This document shows positions 49,862-61,257 of a DNA stretch of 64,000 nucleotides, one piece after another. Under the pieces are notes generated by a model that worked only from the letters and a program-made list of their open reading frames with translations, did not search any database and had not been told where the DNA came from. Both the position numbers and the translations under genes were made by a program. The stretch covers positions 1,022 to 65,021 of the IMG/VR virus record IMGVR_UViG_3300032331_000486; one strand, written 5' to 3'. Every line of letters begins with the position of its first letter. Within the stretch, counting starts at the first letter, position 1. Source of the DNA: a virus. Lineage: Duplodnaviria; Caudoviricetes.

Positions 49862-50535
49862 ATGAACCACCCAAAAAACATAGATATAAACACAACTGCG
49901 ACCCCACTACTTACCAGCCCAATCAACTCAATCTCCTCTTGCTCTTGTTTCCACCTTGCCAGCCTAGTCCTGCGTATTGTTTCTGCTCTAGCCCATTCCT
50001 GTTCCCGCTCAATCTTTTGGTGCATTTTGAGGAATCTACTGTACAAGTCCTTCAACTCAGGCGGGGCGTAGACCATTGCCTCTCTAGTCTGCTCCATCAA
50101 CTTCTCCAGTTGCAACTCAATCAATGCCCGCTCTATGGCTTTTTGACTGGTGTTTTGCGCTGGGTCATAGTTGGTTTTGCTTGTCTCCTCTAGTTCAAGG
50201 TAATGGTTGTTAATCTGTTGTTGCGTGTCAAAGAGGACTCCGAGGTTTGCACCAATCTCGCTGATGAGTTTGAGTTCGAGGTCTTCGTAAGACTGTTTGG
50301 CTTTGGCTGTTTTCTTTTGCGCCACAGGCTTGGACGGGGTGTCTGGCTCTGCTCGTTTAAACAGACCAATGAACCAGTCAAAGATACCTTTGATTGCCTT
50401 GACATCGCCAATGACTCCCTCAACGGTTTTCTTTGCGCCCTCAAGTTCCATACGCCCCTCATGGAGCATAGAACATCCCTGCTTAATAAAGCCAACAGCG
50501 GCTTGAGCCGCCATAAGTAGGGAGAATGGGTCAAT
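49828..50535 (-). CDS. Coiled-coil protein with C-terminal TM helix (start ATG 50514 or ATT 50535)
   Basis: 228-aa ORF, extendable by IDPFSLL to an ATT 6 nt after GGAG. Confidence 0.65.
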   Translation of the reverse strand: MDPFSLLMAAQAAVGFIKQGCSMLHEGRMELEGAKKTVEGVIGDVKAIKGIFDWFIGLFKRAEPDTPSKPVAQKKTAKAKQSYEDLELKLISEIGANLGVLFDTQQQINNHYLELEETSKTNYDPAQNTSQKAIERALIELQLEKLMEQTREAMVYAPPELKDLYSRFLKMHQKIEREQEWARAETIRRTRLARWKQEQEEIELIGLVSSGVAVVFISMFFGWFMWQLRSWSTGY

Positions 50536-50538
50536 GGC

Positions 50539-51078
50539 TTACTCCGCTGGCTCAGGCTTGGGCAACTGAGGTTCTACCTGACTACGCAACTTTGTGTACA
50601 ACGGATGAGCGTTGGACTGGGTTGGTAATTGACCGATGATGTTGATAACGTCAACGGCTTCTTGTGCGGTCAGGGTGATTGCAATGTCGCTCATGCTGAT
50701 GCATCCTCTAGCGGTGTCATGTTCTCGGTTGTCCAAAAATCTTTGGCAAGCATAATCTTTAGATGCTCTTTGTTACGAGCCAAGCAGTCTGCCCAATCTT
50801 CTGCTGTCATGCCTTCGGGCTTTCCAGCGTTGATAAGATTTACTGAGTCCATTGCGGCAGAGTAATGCTGTGCAATTTGTTCTGCGGTGATAGTAATTTC
50901 TGACATGGTTTATTCCTTATGCAAGTTGTTCGTCTGTAGGTCTAGCCAATGTTGGATGTTCCCACTTGGCTATGTAATCGCCTTTGCCGTCAGAATCATT
51001 CTGAAGAGTGATGGTCGTCGAAAAGTCACGGTCTGTGACTTCGGGGTAGATTGCTCTAATTTTTGAAGCAAGAGACAT
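50539..51078 (-). CDS. Three small tail-associated genes (50539-50694, 50691-50906, 50917-51078 XkdW/YorD-like)
   Basis: Last one translated by hand: MSLASKIRAIYPE...LQNDSDGKGDYIAKWEHPTLARPTDEQLA; AGGAA RBSs. Confidence 0.6.
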
Positions 51079-51088
51079 TTTTTATTCC

Positions 51089-51769
51089 TTATGACAATTG
51101 TTGAATGTTGAGTGTGCAACTTTGCCCAACAAAATAACATTGGTTGCTTCCATTACCCCCAGAGTGATACCCATAAACAGATATAACATCATTTACAGCA
51201 AGCGTTCCACTCCAAGATGATGTTAATGTGTTTGAATAAGCATATGAGCCAGTAAAATCATTTTCTGCCCCGTTACTAAAAGAAGAGCCGTTTTTATAAA
51301 TCCTAACAATCCACTGATTAGGTTGACCACCACTTGATTGCCTTTGATAAATGGTAGTTGTAATTGTGTACTGACCAGCAACTTGAATGGTGTACTGATT
51401 GCTTGCAAAACCAGACTTGTTGTCAAAAGTTGCGGAATTGAAAGGCACTTTTTGGTAAGTGCTATCACCAAAAGTTGAAGAGTCTGATGTAAGAATAATA
51501 GAGGCTTGAGCCAATGTTGTTGTTCTACCTGTACCGCCATTTGCAACAGGCAAAGTTCCTGTTACGCCAGTTGTAAGTGGTAACCCAGTAGCATTAGTCA
51601 ACACCAAAGCAGATGGCGTACCTAATGCTGGAGTTGTTAGTGTTGGACTAGTCAGAGTCTTATTAGTAAGCGTCTGAGTATCAGTTGTACCCACCACTGC
51701 ACCAGCAGGATTACCTACTCCACCCGCAGGGAAGGTTACGCCATTTGTTCCGTCAATAATTGCTGTCAT
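51089..51769 (-). CDS. Tail fibre-like protein with C1q/TNF-like C-terminal head
   Basis: [29 protein letters not shown]...[10 protein letters not shown]...L.VND.I. Confidence 0.65.
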   Translation of the reverse strand: MTAIIDGTNGVTFPAGGVGNPAGAVVGTTDTQTLTNKTLTSPTLTTPALGTPSALVLTNATGLPLTTGVTGTLPVANGGTGRTTTLAQASIILTSDSSTFGDSTYQKVPFNSATFDNKSGFASNQYTIQVAGQYTITTTIYQRQSSGGQPNQWIVRIYKNGSSFSNGAENDFTGSYAYSNTLTSSWSGTLAVNDVISVYGYHSGGNGSNQCYFVGQSCTLNIQQLS

Positions 51770-53154
51770 TTAGCCTCCAAAGCCACGATTCGGGCGGTTA
51801 GTGCGTTGATTGTTTCGGCTTGTGTGTCGTTTATTGCTTTTAGTTCTTGTATAGCCGCTGTTAGTGTTGCTACTAGGAATGATGTATCAACGCCTTGGTA
51901 TTTAGGATTTCCATCATCATCTAATCCGTCTTTATCTCCTGTTACGCAATCAGGTACAACCGCTTGCAATTCGTGCGCTATAAAACCTTGTCCATCAGTA
52001 CCATCAGTTTTCCATTTGTATGTAACTGGTTTAAGTTGAGAAATTGTTGCCAGTGCATTTTGCATCGGCTGGATATTTTCTTTTAAGCGATAGTCGGATG
52101 ATGTGTTGTATGCAATATTAGTTGTGCCGTTTTGAGTAATAGAACCAATAGCAGAGCCGTTATAACTAAACGCTTGATAATAATTACCGCTAGGAGTTCC
52201 ACTAGCATGACCAATGTAAACACCTGCTGACGAACTACCTGAAATGCCTACACCTTGAGCGGGAGTTGCTGTTGCAGATGTAAACCCCACCAGCAAGTTA
52301 CCGCTTGAGTCAAAACGACCACGCTCTGCGGATGTTGCGCTTGAAGTCGTATTAAATTTTAAATAACCTGCCTGTGAACCACCGCCCACATTCTCAATAA
52401 CAAATTCAATACCGCAGTAGTTGCTAAAACTACCAGCAGTTGCGTAAATATTACCAGCAGTCCCCGTGCTTCCATTTCTTATAAATTGCAACTGTTTAGA
52501 TGTTGCGGTACTACTTGACCCAATGTCAACACCAGTAGTGGTAGTAAAGTTTGATGCAGTACCAGAATACGGTGTTGTAGCCCCCACCAGTAAGTTACCG
52601 CTAGTGTCAATAGTGGCTTGACGATTATTTCCATTTGTAGCAAAAACCAATGCGCCTTGGCTACGCATAACAAAATCAGAAGATGATGCACCGCTCAAAA
52701 TAGATGAGCCATTACCCAAATAACCATAAACAGTTGAAGTGTTGTATTTCAGCGTAAGACCAACAGAAGCGGTTGAATCGTTAGATGCAATTTGTGCTGG
52801 CGCATTACCGCCAAGTACATCTAATTTGTAACTAGGCGTAACACCAATCCCCACATTCTGTGAAGAATCTATATAAACAGCATTAGTGCCATTAGTAGAC
52901 AGGCCCAAAGAGTTAGCCGCTGGTAGATACATTCCATTACCAGTAACAGATGAGCCAGTAGGGTTAAACCTTGTGGCAGTTGCTACACCTGAGTTGGTAA
53001 TGCCTGTCGTTGTTAGCGTTCCTGCTAATGTGGTGTTTTGTGAAGCGTCTATCGTGACTGCCGCTGTAGATGCAGTTTGTAGTTGCAAAATTCCCGAAGT
53101 ATCGGCAGTTTGAACCAGCCCTGCGCTGGTGCTGGCATTTATGGTAGTCGTCAT
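51766..53154 (-). CDS. Tail fibre with intramolecular chaperone (peptidase S74) domain
   Basis: GNLLVG repeats; [10 protein letters not shown]...GFIAHELQ; C-terminal coiled coil. Confidence 0.85.
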   Translation of the reverse strand: MTTTINASTSAGLVQTADTSGILQLQTASTAAVTIDASQNTTLAGTLTTTGITNSGVATATRFNPTGSSVTGNGMYLPAANSLGLSTNGTNAVYIDSSQNVGIGVTPSYKLDVLGGNAPAQIASNDSTASVGLTLKYNTSTVYGYLGNGSSILSGASSSDFVMRSQGALVFATNGNNRQATIDTSGNLLVGATTPYSGTASNFTTTTGVDIGSSSTATSKQLQFIRNGSTGTAGNIYATAGSFSNYCGIEFVIENVGGGSQAGYLKFNTTSSATSAERGRFDSSGNLLVGFTSATATPAQGVGISGSSSAGVYIGHASGTPSGNYYQAFSYNGSAIGSITQNGTTNIAYNTSSDYRLKENIQPMQNALATISQLKPVTYKWKTDGTDGQGFIAHELQAVVPDCVTGDKDGLDDDGNPKYQGVDTSFLVATLTAAIQELKAINDTQAETINALTARIVALEAK

Positions 53155-53157
53155 GTC

Positions 53158-54483
53158 TTATCCTTTCAGAGCCGCAAGTTCGGCTTTTACTGTATCTAGT
53201 TCGGCTTTAAGTTCTTGGATTGCTTTAATGCAAAGAGAAACCATATTGCCGTAAGCCAAAGCATCAGGTGAGCCATCATCTGCGTACTGTACAAACTCTG
53301 TTAAACCTGCATCATGCACTTCTTCTGCAATTAAGCCACCAAAGGTTTTACCAGCATCGGCTTCTGCTTTTCCTTGGTATGTAACAGAACGAAGTTTTAG
53401 TAAGTCTGTAAGACCATGCGTAGTATCTACAACATTCTTTTTGTATTTTAATGATGAAGTTGACCTTTTAAAATAACCATCTGAACCAACAAAAACATTT
53501 GCGGCACTTCCTGTCGTTTCTGTATATACACCTATACTTACTAAACCACTTGCGGCAGTTCTTGTAATAATAAAAGTGCCACTACTGTCAAAATAACCCC
53601 TTGGATTCCCATCCCCATCAGACAGCACAACTATGTTTGATAATGTGCGAATGTCTAGGCTATTTTGGTTGCCGTTGTAGTTACCGATAATTGTGTTTTT
53701 AGACCCAGTTGTCATGGCTGATGCACAACCATTTGATACACCAATAACAGGGCCACCAATAAATGTGTTCTGCGAGCCTGTGCTTAATGAACCCGCCAAA
53801 GCACCAACAATCGTATTTCCAGCGCCTGATGTTATAGCCTCGCCAGTACGCCATCCAACAATAGTGTTGTAGTTTCCCGTACTTGCAAGTGCCGCACCTT
53901 TGCCTATTGCCGTTAAGCCTGTGCCTGTCACATTGTTATAAAGAGCCTGATAACCTACGGCTGTGTTGTCAGATGCTCCGTTTTGAGTATTTAAGGCGTT
54001 AAATCCAATAGCAGTATTGTTACTTCCAGTAGTCTCAGTCTGTAAAGCAAATGAACCTAATACAGTATTTTTACCGCCTGATGTAACTGCTACACCAGCG
54101 CTATCTCCAACGGCAGTATTGTTATTTCCGCCAGCATTTGCATACAGGGCTTGATAACCAAAAGCGGTATTATGAGGAGATGTAGTATTTGTATAAAGTG
54201 CTTGATAACCTACAGCAGTACCAGAATATCCTGTCGTATTTGCCTGTAAAGCACTAGCACCCACAGCCGTGTTAGTAGATATAGCACCACCGCCTTTACC
54301 TACTGTTAGACCTGAGATAGATGCGTCAGATGTTGTGGTAATCGTAGTAAACGATGGAGAACCACCACTCACTGCCATAGTTCCTGATGCGGAAGGTAGT
54401 GTGACTGTGACTGTTCCCGCTACCGCAGGTGCAGATAGGGTTACTGAACCGCTGGTATCGCCATTGACAATAAGACTCGCCAT
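53158..54483 (-). CDS. Tail fibre/adhesin with NTAVGYQAL repeats and S74-like chaperone
   Basis: YadA-head-like repeats; SSLKYKKNV...GLIAEEV. Confidence 0.82.
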   Translation of the reverse strand: MASLIVNGDTSGSVTLSAPAVAGTVTVTLPSASGTMAVSGGSPSFTTITTTSDASISGLTVGKGGGAISTNTAVGASALQANTTGYSGTAVGYQALYTNTTSPHNTAFGYQALYANAGGNNNTAVGDSAGVAVTSGGKNTVLGSFALQTETTGSNNTAIGFNALNTQNGASDNTAVGYQALYNNVTGTGLTAIGKGAALASTGNYNTIVGWRTGEAITSGAGNTIVGALAGSLSTGSQNTFIGGPVIGVSNGCASAMTTGSKNTIIGNYNGNQNSLDIRTLSNIVVLSDGDGNPRGYFDSSGTFIITRTAASGLVSIGVYTETTGSAANVFVGSDGYFKRSTSSLKYKKNVVDTTHGLTDLLKLRSVTYQGKAEADAGKTFGGLIAEEVHDAGLTEFVQYADDGSPDALAYGNMVSLCIKAIQELKAELDTVKAELAALKG

Positions 54484-54485
54484 AT

Positions 54486-55217
54486 TTATTCCTTAAATTT
54501 ACAGTTGTCCATATGCCATCTTGGCATAGCAGTTAATCCACCCACTTTTTTGCAGTGCGGACATTCAATCTTTGGAAAGTGTTTTCCTGTCATGGCATTT
54601 GGTCTACCAATGTTTGCCAATTTTAATTGGGATTTTGTATGCTCGGTCATTTTTCTTCCAAGCGATGCGCGGCCAATCTTTGCCTTGTGTTCATCAGTAA
54701 ATTTTCTACCAGTATTGGCTTTAATAATTGCTTCCAAAACATGGGAAGGAATTTTCTCGCCTTTGTTGTGAGGAATAAAACCTTTTTTAAATCTAGTGTT
54801 AGCACCGTGAATAATCAAATTTTGCATAACAAGGGCTTCTACTTCTGGCGTATGTCTATGCCCTTTTTTTGATGCGCTTACTTTTGCTTTTGTCTCTTCT
54901 GACATTGGGCCAAAAACTTTACCTAAAGCGCTTGGCGGCATACCACCACCAACAGCAACATTCCAACCAATTTGGTCAGTCGCTCTTAGTTTTGCTTCAA
55001 TCATCAAGCAATATGCTTCATCCGCAATAAGCAACACTTTTTTAACCAGCGTGTCCCAGCCATACTTTTTTATGGCTCTTTTTAAATGCTCATTTGACGG
55101 GCTATTTTTATGGCTAGAAAAACGAGTCTTGACATTTTTAGACACACCTATGTATCCCTGAGTCAGCATATCGCTGTGGTCAGGGTGGTGTACCCAATAA
55201 ACGCTACAGGCCGTCAT
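54486..55217 (-). mobile_element. Free-standing GIY-YIG homing endonuclease with NUMOD3 repeats
   Basis: VYW...GYIGVSKNVKTRFSSH, GWN; repeats MSEETKAKVS, FTDEHKAKIG, MTEHTKSQL; CPHC tail. Confidence 0.8.
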
Positions 55218-56116
55218 ACCACCACCCACCTACTTCCTGAGCTTACAGTTACAGACTGGCCACTTGCAATTGAAATTGGGCCTGATGACATACCAGAAGT
55301 GCCAGCCGCAATCGTATAGCTTACGCTGACTGTTTGGTTATTGATTACGATGCCGTTACCAGCATTTAGCACAGATGCTTGAAACTCTCCCGTGCTTGGC
55401 TTATACAAGAGCTTGGCATTACTTGTGTAAATGTTTAATGCTGTGCCGCTTGTAGCCGCCGCAAAGAGAGGATATACGTTAGTAGCCGTTGAGGTGTCGT
55501 TGCTAATCGCCGATCCGCCCACTGACTTCCATGCCGGAGATGCGCCGCTATAGCCTTCAAACTCATTTGTCGTGCTGTTGTAACGCAACATACCCGTAGT
55601 GGGTGAGCCGGGTTGTTGGGCTGTCGTTCCCTTGCTGATTGTCAAAGCACCAGTAGACGAAAAAATGGAATCTGCCGAAGCGTTGAGGGCTGTGACGTTA
55701 GAGATGCCGTATTGATTGGCAACCTTTACAAAGTCAACCCCGTTCCAAGCGCATATTGCCAACTCATTGGCTAAGATAGTTACGCCAGTTGTCGGGCCTA
55801 CTCCTACCAACTTGATCGACTGGGTGCTTCCGGTCTTGTTAATGACAACATAGACTTTAGACTGGGCTGGCGCTGTAATAGTCCTAGTGACTGTTCCGCT
55901 TGCCGTCCATAACAGAATGGCTTCTCTCGATGTATTAGCCGCACCAGTTGTGGTGGATAAAGTTACATCTGCATCGGAAGTGATGGTGGTAGTCCCAGCG
56001 ATTGCTGAGTCTAGGAGGTTCGTAATGGAGTTATTGACAACATCGCCCCATGTACCCGACAGTTCACCAGTGACGGGTAGTGCAAGTCCTAGCAGTGAGG
56101 TATATGCTGTGGTCAC
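55214..56116 (-). CDS. Tail/virion structural protein
   Basis: 300 aa, GELSGTWG, GMLRYNSTTNEFEGY, C-terminal GSRWVVV. Confidence 0.7.
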   Translation of the reverse strand: MTTAYTSLLGLALPVTGELSGTWGDVVNNSITNLLDSAIAGTTTITSDADVTLSTTTGAANTSREAILLWTASGTVTRTITAPAQSKVYVVINKTGSTQSIKLVGVGPTTGVTILANELAICAWNGVDFVKVANQYGISNVTALNASADSIFSSTGALTISKGTTAQQPGSPTTGMLRYNSTTNEFEGYSGASPAWKSVGGSAISNDTSTATNVYPLFAAATSGTALNIYTSNAKLLYKPSTGEFQASVLNAGNGIVINNQTVSVSYTIAAGTSGMSSGPISIASGQSVTVSSGSRWVVV

Positions 56117-56155
56117 GTTCTGCTCCTATATTCTTTCATTTTATAGCCCTTTTAG

Positions 56156-56671
56156 TTAAACCACAACCCAACGAGCGCCAGAACCTAAAGTAACTGACTG
56201 CCCGCTTGCCACAGTGATTGGCCCCGCTGATACGGCTGAGTATCCTGCGGCTATGGTGTAACTTGCACTTACTGTTTGGCTGTTTACATGAAGGCCATTA
56301 CTAGCGATCATGTTGGTGCCTGTGATACTTCCTGCGTTGGTAACATTACCACTAGCATCTTGATTTACAGACTTACCAGATGGATAGGTGACAAATACGT
56401 CTTTTGTTCCTGCCGAAAAGTTAACCAGTGAGCCTGAGTTGCTGGACGATAGGACGGTCGTGCGGGCTAGGGTTGTGCCTGATGAGGTGTAAGTTCCTAT
56501 TCCTACTTCCCATTCAGAGCCTGTTTGCCCCGCTATGGTGTAGTAGGTGGTGTTTGTATTACCTATTACGGCAAAAGATTGAAATCCAGTAGAGGCACCA
56601 AGCAGAGTCACCGTTCCCGTGCCAGTCGTTGTGGTGGTTTCCTTTACTCTGTCTGCTAGTACAAGCGCCAT
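56156..56671 (-). CDS. Tail/virion structural protein
   Basis: MALVLADRVKETTTTTGTG, WEVGIGT; shares its C-terminal module with 55214-56116. Confidence 0.7.
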   Translation of the reverse strand: MALVLADRVKETTTTTGTGTVTLLGASTGFQSFAVIGNTNTTYYTIAGQTGSEWEVGIGTYTSSGTTLARTTVLSSSNSGSLVNFSAGTKDVFVTYPSGKSVNQDASGNVTNAGSITGTNMIASNGLHVNSQTVSASYTIAAGYSAVSAGPITVASGQSVTLGSGARWVVV

Positions 56672-56680
56672 TTTTATTCC

Positions 56681-57706
56681 TTAATTCACGGTATCAATGA
56701 CTTGCCAGTCGGCATTTTCAACGTTGTTTATGTCCGTCCAGCCTGCCGATTGTGAATCATTTATATTTTGCCAGTTTGCTGTTTGACTGTCATCTATTAA
56801 TGACCAGTAGAAAGCCGCAAGAGTTCCAACATATCCTTGTGCAGACTTGCCAGTCAATGCCTGTGAAATACTAAACCCAACGGTTCCAACATCACCATTT
56901 GCGTTTAAACCTGTTAGTGCCGCCGCCTTGCCGGGCAACACAGTCCCAACAAAACCAGAAGCGGTATTTCCACTAAGCGCAACAGAAACACTCTGTCCTA
57001 CAGTTCCTACGCTACCGCTGGCCGTCACTCCAGACAACTGAATGTCCATCGATGGAGTTACATCACCAACAAATCCGGACGCACTATCACCAGTTTCATC
57101 TGGGGCAAACTCTGGTGTTACCGTTCCTACAGAACCAGAGGCACTATTTCCAACTAAAGCCACGGACATCGTAGCCGTAGCAGTCCCAACGAATCCAGAG
57201 GCTGAATCGCCTGTCTGCGCTGGGGATATGCTTGGAGTTACCGTACCTACGGCACCCGACGCAGTTATCCCAGTTAGAGCAAGAGACTGCGTTGGTGTCA
57301 ACGTGCCTACTGATCCAGAAGCCAGATTGCCCGTTAAAGCAATAGACATGCTGGCTGTCGGTGTTCCTACCAAGCCAGATGCGTTTAAACCCGTAAGGGC
57401 TACAGACTGCGTTCCAGTAACAGATCCAACCGCTCCAGATGCCGTTATGCCTGTCAACGCTACAGAGAAAGATGGGGTAACAGTGCCAACAAACCCTGAT
57501 GCCGAATCCCCAGTCTCTCCTTGTGAGCTACTAGGGGTTACTGTGCCTACGGCACCAGACGCATTTAAGCCCGTCAGGGCTACAGAACTGCTTACGCCTA
57601 CTGTACCTACTGCTCCTGATGCTGCATTGCCCGTTAAGGCGACAGCAACCGTTACCCCAGAAAGCGAGGCAAACGGCGTTTCAGCAAAAGCGGAGATACC
57701 AAACAT
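56681..57706 (-). CDS. Repetitive virion fibre protein (about 20-aa ALTGxxASGxVGTV repeats)
   Basis: About 14 imperfect repeats visible in the translation. Confidence 0.7.
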   Translation of the reverse strand: MFGISAFAETPFASLSGVTVAVALTGNAASGAVGTVGVSSSVALTGLNASGAVGTVTPSSSQGETGDSASGFVGTVTPSFSVALTGITASGAVGSVTGTQSVALTGLNASGLVGTPTASMSIALTGNLASGSVGTLTPTQSLALTGITASGAVGTVTPSISPAQTGDSASGFVGTATATMSVALVGNSASGSVGTVTPEFAPDETGDSASGFVGDVTPSMDIQLSGVTASGSVGTVGQSVSVALSGNTASGFVGTVLPGKAAALTGLNANGDVGTVGFSISQALTGKSAQGYVGTLAAFYWSLIDDSQTANWQNINDSQSAGWTDINNVENADWQVIDTVN

Positions 57707-57734
57707 GGTCTAAACGGCTTTAAGCCGCCTCCGC

Positions 57735-58825
57735 TTATGTTGTAGAGATACGCAGTAAAGCGGTAGTCGTTGTGTTGGAAGGCATCGTCAACGCAAAAGT
57801 ACCAGCGGTAATCGTTTGATTACCAAAGGTGTATACGCCAACAGCCTTGTTTGACTGGGTTGAGTTATACATAAGCATCGCATTGAAAGAAGTACTCAAT
57901 GTGACGTTTGTGTAGCTGATACTCGCTGAAGGTGTCCAGTAAGCTACGCCAGCTGTTGCGGAGCTGTTAGTCGAAGCAGGGGCAGTAGCGTTTGTGATTG
58001 TCACACCACCAGCCGTGTAGTTAGTTCCAGTCACTTCACCTGTAGATGAATAGACTGTAGTGGAGGCATCAATCGTGGCGCTAGTTAAATACAAAGCGGC
58101 CTTAAAGGTGTCTGCTGTAGTTGCTGCACGGATAGGTGCAACACCAAAGTTGTGAGTTGCGGTCAGCGCTTCGGCTAAAAACGAAGTGCAGAGTGATGCT
58201 GAATTTGCCATGATGTTTCCTTGTTAGAAAGTGCCTACTTCGCCACCGATGGGTAACGAGCGTTTCAGTGTTACATGGGCAGAGCGATGAACCATTTCAC
58301 CTTCCAACCAGTATTCAACCCAAGTGGTTAATTCGTTATCGTCTTCAAATGTTCCCTCTCGCTTTTCCAGCAAAGAGTCATCCATCTCGCCTTTGGTAGT
58401 TGTGACTATCAATTTGAACTCCTAATAAGTGCAGATGTTGATGTATTGGCCGGCAAAGTGATGAGAAACGTAGTTGTACATGTCTTATCTGAGCCAAAAT
58501 CTAAGATGCAAATAGACTTGTTTCCCTTGGTCGCATTGTAGATTAACGCGCATCTTGTTGTGAATGCAGCTGGGCTCCACAATGGATTATTAAAGCTCAC
58601 ATAAGCCGTGTAATCACTACTCTGAACAGTAACGCCTGTAATTAACTTGCCACCAGCTGTGTAACCAGTTCCAGTTATCTCATTTGTAGAGCTGTAAACC
58701 GTGGTAGCTTCATTAAGATTGGCATTTCCGGTGTACAGGGCAATGTACAAACTATCAGACAACAAGTTGTGAACGCCGCTGTACAGCTGCTCTTTGAAGC
58801 TGGTTGTCTGGGTTTGAACGATCAT
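57735..58825 (-). CDS. Two paralogous virion proteins (57735-58211, 58409-58825) flanking a 62-aa ORF (58224-58412)
   Basis: Both share TSF..E...HN...ALY...TTVYSST.E.TGT.YTAGG...YN.T..NK....FG. Confidence 0.7.
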
Positions 58826-59475
58826 ACGACGGGGTTCCTGACTTGGCCATCCCTGTAAGCATCCATACGCTGCTTGCCATCGCCCAAGTTCTTGAGTAAG
58901 AACATTGCCGACTCATAACGCTCTTTATACAGGGTAACAAGATCAGGCTCACCCTTCATGTAGGTTATTGCTTCCAACATTGTTCCGTTAAGGAGGGCGG
59001 AATCAAAGTTATCTCCCAGCCAAGTCTGTCCAGCAGTTACGATTGACTCAGGGTAATAGTAATAGTGCAACTCGGCTTTATAGGCCGCGTCTGGTGTTGG
59101 GCCAAGAATAAACGTCAATTCTTTTACATCAGCAGACTGTGGGCCAAAGATAGCGTAGTGCTTAGGCTTTCCTGTATCCGTTGGATTGGGATACGCATCT
59201 CTGATAAAGTTAACGTCTTTGTTTAACAAATACAGATAATCGCCGCCAGCAGCTGGGTATACAGCCAAAGAGTATGTAGACAAAAAATCATCAGGCGCAG
59301 ACAAGTACTTGTTACCAGAAGTTAAAGTTCCAGTAACGTTCTTTCTCAGGTTAGAAACTTGCACCGAGTTATAGATGCGTTGCTCCGCCTGCTTAATCAT
59401 AATGTTCATATCTACCGTGGGAAACGTGTTCTCACAGTAGTCTGAAACAGCAATGACTAATTCGTTGTACGTCAT
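58822..59475 (-). CDS. Putative head-tail adaptor protein
   Basis: MTYNEL...IKQAEQRIY, GKPKHYA, LGPTPD, TWLGDN. Confidence 0.65.
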   Translation of the reverse strand: MTYNELVIAVSDYCENTFPTVDMNIMIKQAEQRIYNSVQVSNLRKNVTGTLTSGNKYLSAPDDFLSTYSLAVYPAAGGDYLYLLNKDVNFIRDAYPNPTDTGKPKHYAIFGPQSADVKELTFILGPTPDAAYKAELHYYYYPESIVTAGQTWLGDNFDSALLNGTMLEAITYMKGEPDLVTLYKERYESAMFLLKNLGDGKQRMDAYRDGQVRNPVV

Positions 59476-60322
59476 GCCATTGGGCCTCTGGCCATCACGC
59501 CTTTAGTAGCAGCACCAGTTCCGCGAATCTTGATACCAGATGTTTTAGTCTGTTCGTCACCAGCAGATTTACTAATGTTGGCAACGGTTAGATCGTACTG
59601 ATCAAGCTTGCTGCGGTTTGGCTCTTTGCCGGGATTGTTGGAAATCTTCATAGATTTACCAGTCATTGTGTGTGGCTTGGCATAAGTGCTGGCAGAGCCA
59701 ACCTCTTTACCCATAACCTTTTTGCTAAATGTAGCCATTATTTGCTCCCAGATTTTTGGTTCATAGCGCGAGCCATGTTGCGTCCAACTTTCTTCATTGA
59801 TAAAGAAGTTACGCCACCTTTTCTAAGTTTAGTCATTGGCTTACCGGGATGCATCTTTTTTTCATGCTTATGCACTGCACCAGCAATCATTTTCTTATCC
59901 TGTTTTAAATCTGATTTATCCATCTTTCTCTCCTAAGTTACGCTTACCGTTACTGTACCAACACTTGTTGTTGCCACCAAGTTATTTGGCGTTAATCCAT
60001 CATCAAACAATCTAGAGCCACCCACTGGATACCAGCCCCACTGAATGTCCCTTGAGCCGCCTGTTGGGAAGCCGTCAGGGCCAATGCCAGCAGAAACATA
60101 TGTTGTGTCTGGTCTAGGTTGATATACAGCCTGTGGATCGTAGACTGGATACATGCCCAGCTGCAACTGCGGCTGATCAGGATCCCAACATGACTCGCAA
60201 ACTTTTAGCTGATACAACTTGGTTTTGATTATCTCAACCTTTAGCTGTTTAAGCTTGTACCGCTGCCCGCAACGGTCACACTCGGCAATCGAGTATTTAC
60301 CTGATGCATATGGGCTGGCCAT
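59472..60322 (-). CDS. Three small late genes (59472-59738 and 59738-59923 basic; 59933-60322 with CDRCG/CESC)
   Basis: Coupled ORFs in the late operon. Confidence 0.65.
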
Positions 60323-61254
60323 TAGATAGCGCCTCCTCCAATAAAGGCCTGACGAGGCACAAGCCTCATTGTTGCCTTCTCATGGTCTTCACCAGCTGCT
60401 AAGTTAAATTGTTCGTCGTAGACCGACTTGAGCATCTGCAAGCGGTTTACAAGTTCAGGTTGTTTCATGGCAATGTAGTAAGCCAAGCCGGCCGCCACAC
60501 ATGGCAAGAAACGGAAGTTCATGTCTTGAGTCTGCACACCAGCGCCAGCGTCTTGGATACGGCGCATACGGTAGTAAACAAACTGATAGGTCTGGCTAGA
60601 GTCTGGTGTTGGCCAAACAGTAAATGCTGGCAGCTGGGGGACGTAGACTGCCGCTCCAATCGTGTGTGCTGCAGCTGTAGTGCTGTTCTGACCTCTGAAT
60701 ACTCCGCCTAATGAGTTTCCATCGATATAAGCGTAGTAGATGTCTTCTGTATCAAGGCGGATGTATCCCGCGCCCGCGAGGCCAACAACTGAGCTCAACG
60801 TGATTGTTGTACTAGAAGAAGTAATGGTTGCGGATAAAGTTAAGCTTGTAGGGCTTGTTTCACCAGACATACGTTGAATCCACACTTGGATTGGGCGGCC
60901 TTGAGCTAGCTTATTGGGGATGGTGGCGTAGGTTGAAACGCTAATACGGGTAATACTCAAATCAGCCTGAGTGTTTACAGCGTTGGCACCAGTACGGATT
61001 ACATGATCTAGCAGATCAATGGTGTCTGTAGGCAAGGCATAAGTACTTAATCCGGGCGTCAGGGTTAAGGTTCCCTGCTCAATCGTCCACATGTTTAAAC
61101 CACGGTTAGACCATTCAATAGTCATCAGGTTCATAGAACGACGAGCTGTACGCAAGTCGTATCCAGTACGCATTTCACGGCCCGCGCGCTCCCACGCCTC
61201 CTCGGCAAGCTCCGTGAAGTCCATGTTAAATACGGAAGAACCTGTGGTACTCAT
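60322..61254 (-). CDS. Putative head-tail connector protein
   Basis: EEAWERAG...ARRSMNL...WSNRGLNMWT, VWPTPD, FLPCVAAGLAYY. Confidence 0.65.
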   Translation of the reverse strand: MSTTGSSVFNMDFTELAEEAWERAGREMRTGYDLRTARRSMNLMTIEWSNRGLNMWTIEQGTLTLTPGLSTYALPTDTIDLLDHVIRTGANAVNTQADLSITRISVSTYATIPNKLAQGRPIQVWIQRMSGETSPTSLTLSATITSSSTTITLSSVVGLAGAGYIRLDTEDIYYAYIDGNSLGGVFRGQNSTTAAAHTIGAAVYVPQLPAFTVWPTPDSSQTYQFVYYRMRRIQDAGAGVQTQDMNFRFLPCVAAGLAYYIAMKQPELVNRLQMLKSVYDEQFNLAAGEDHEKATMRLVPRQAFIGGGAI

Positions 61255-61257
61255 CTT

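Noticed and set aside
51089-54483. Diversity-generating retroelement acting on tail fibres
   Set aside because: No reverse transcriptase and no template/variable repeat pair seen
54486-55229. Group I intron around the homing endonuclease
   Set aside because: Flanking genes are complete and directly abut the ORF, leaving no room for an intron core
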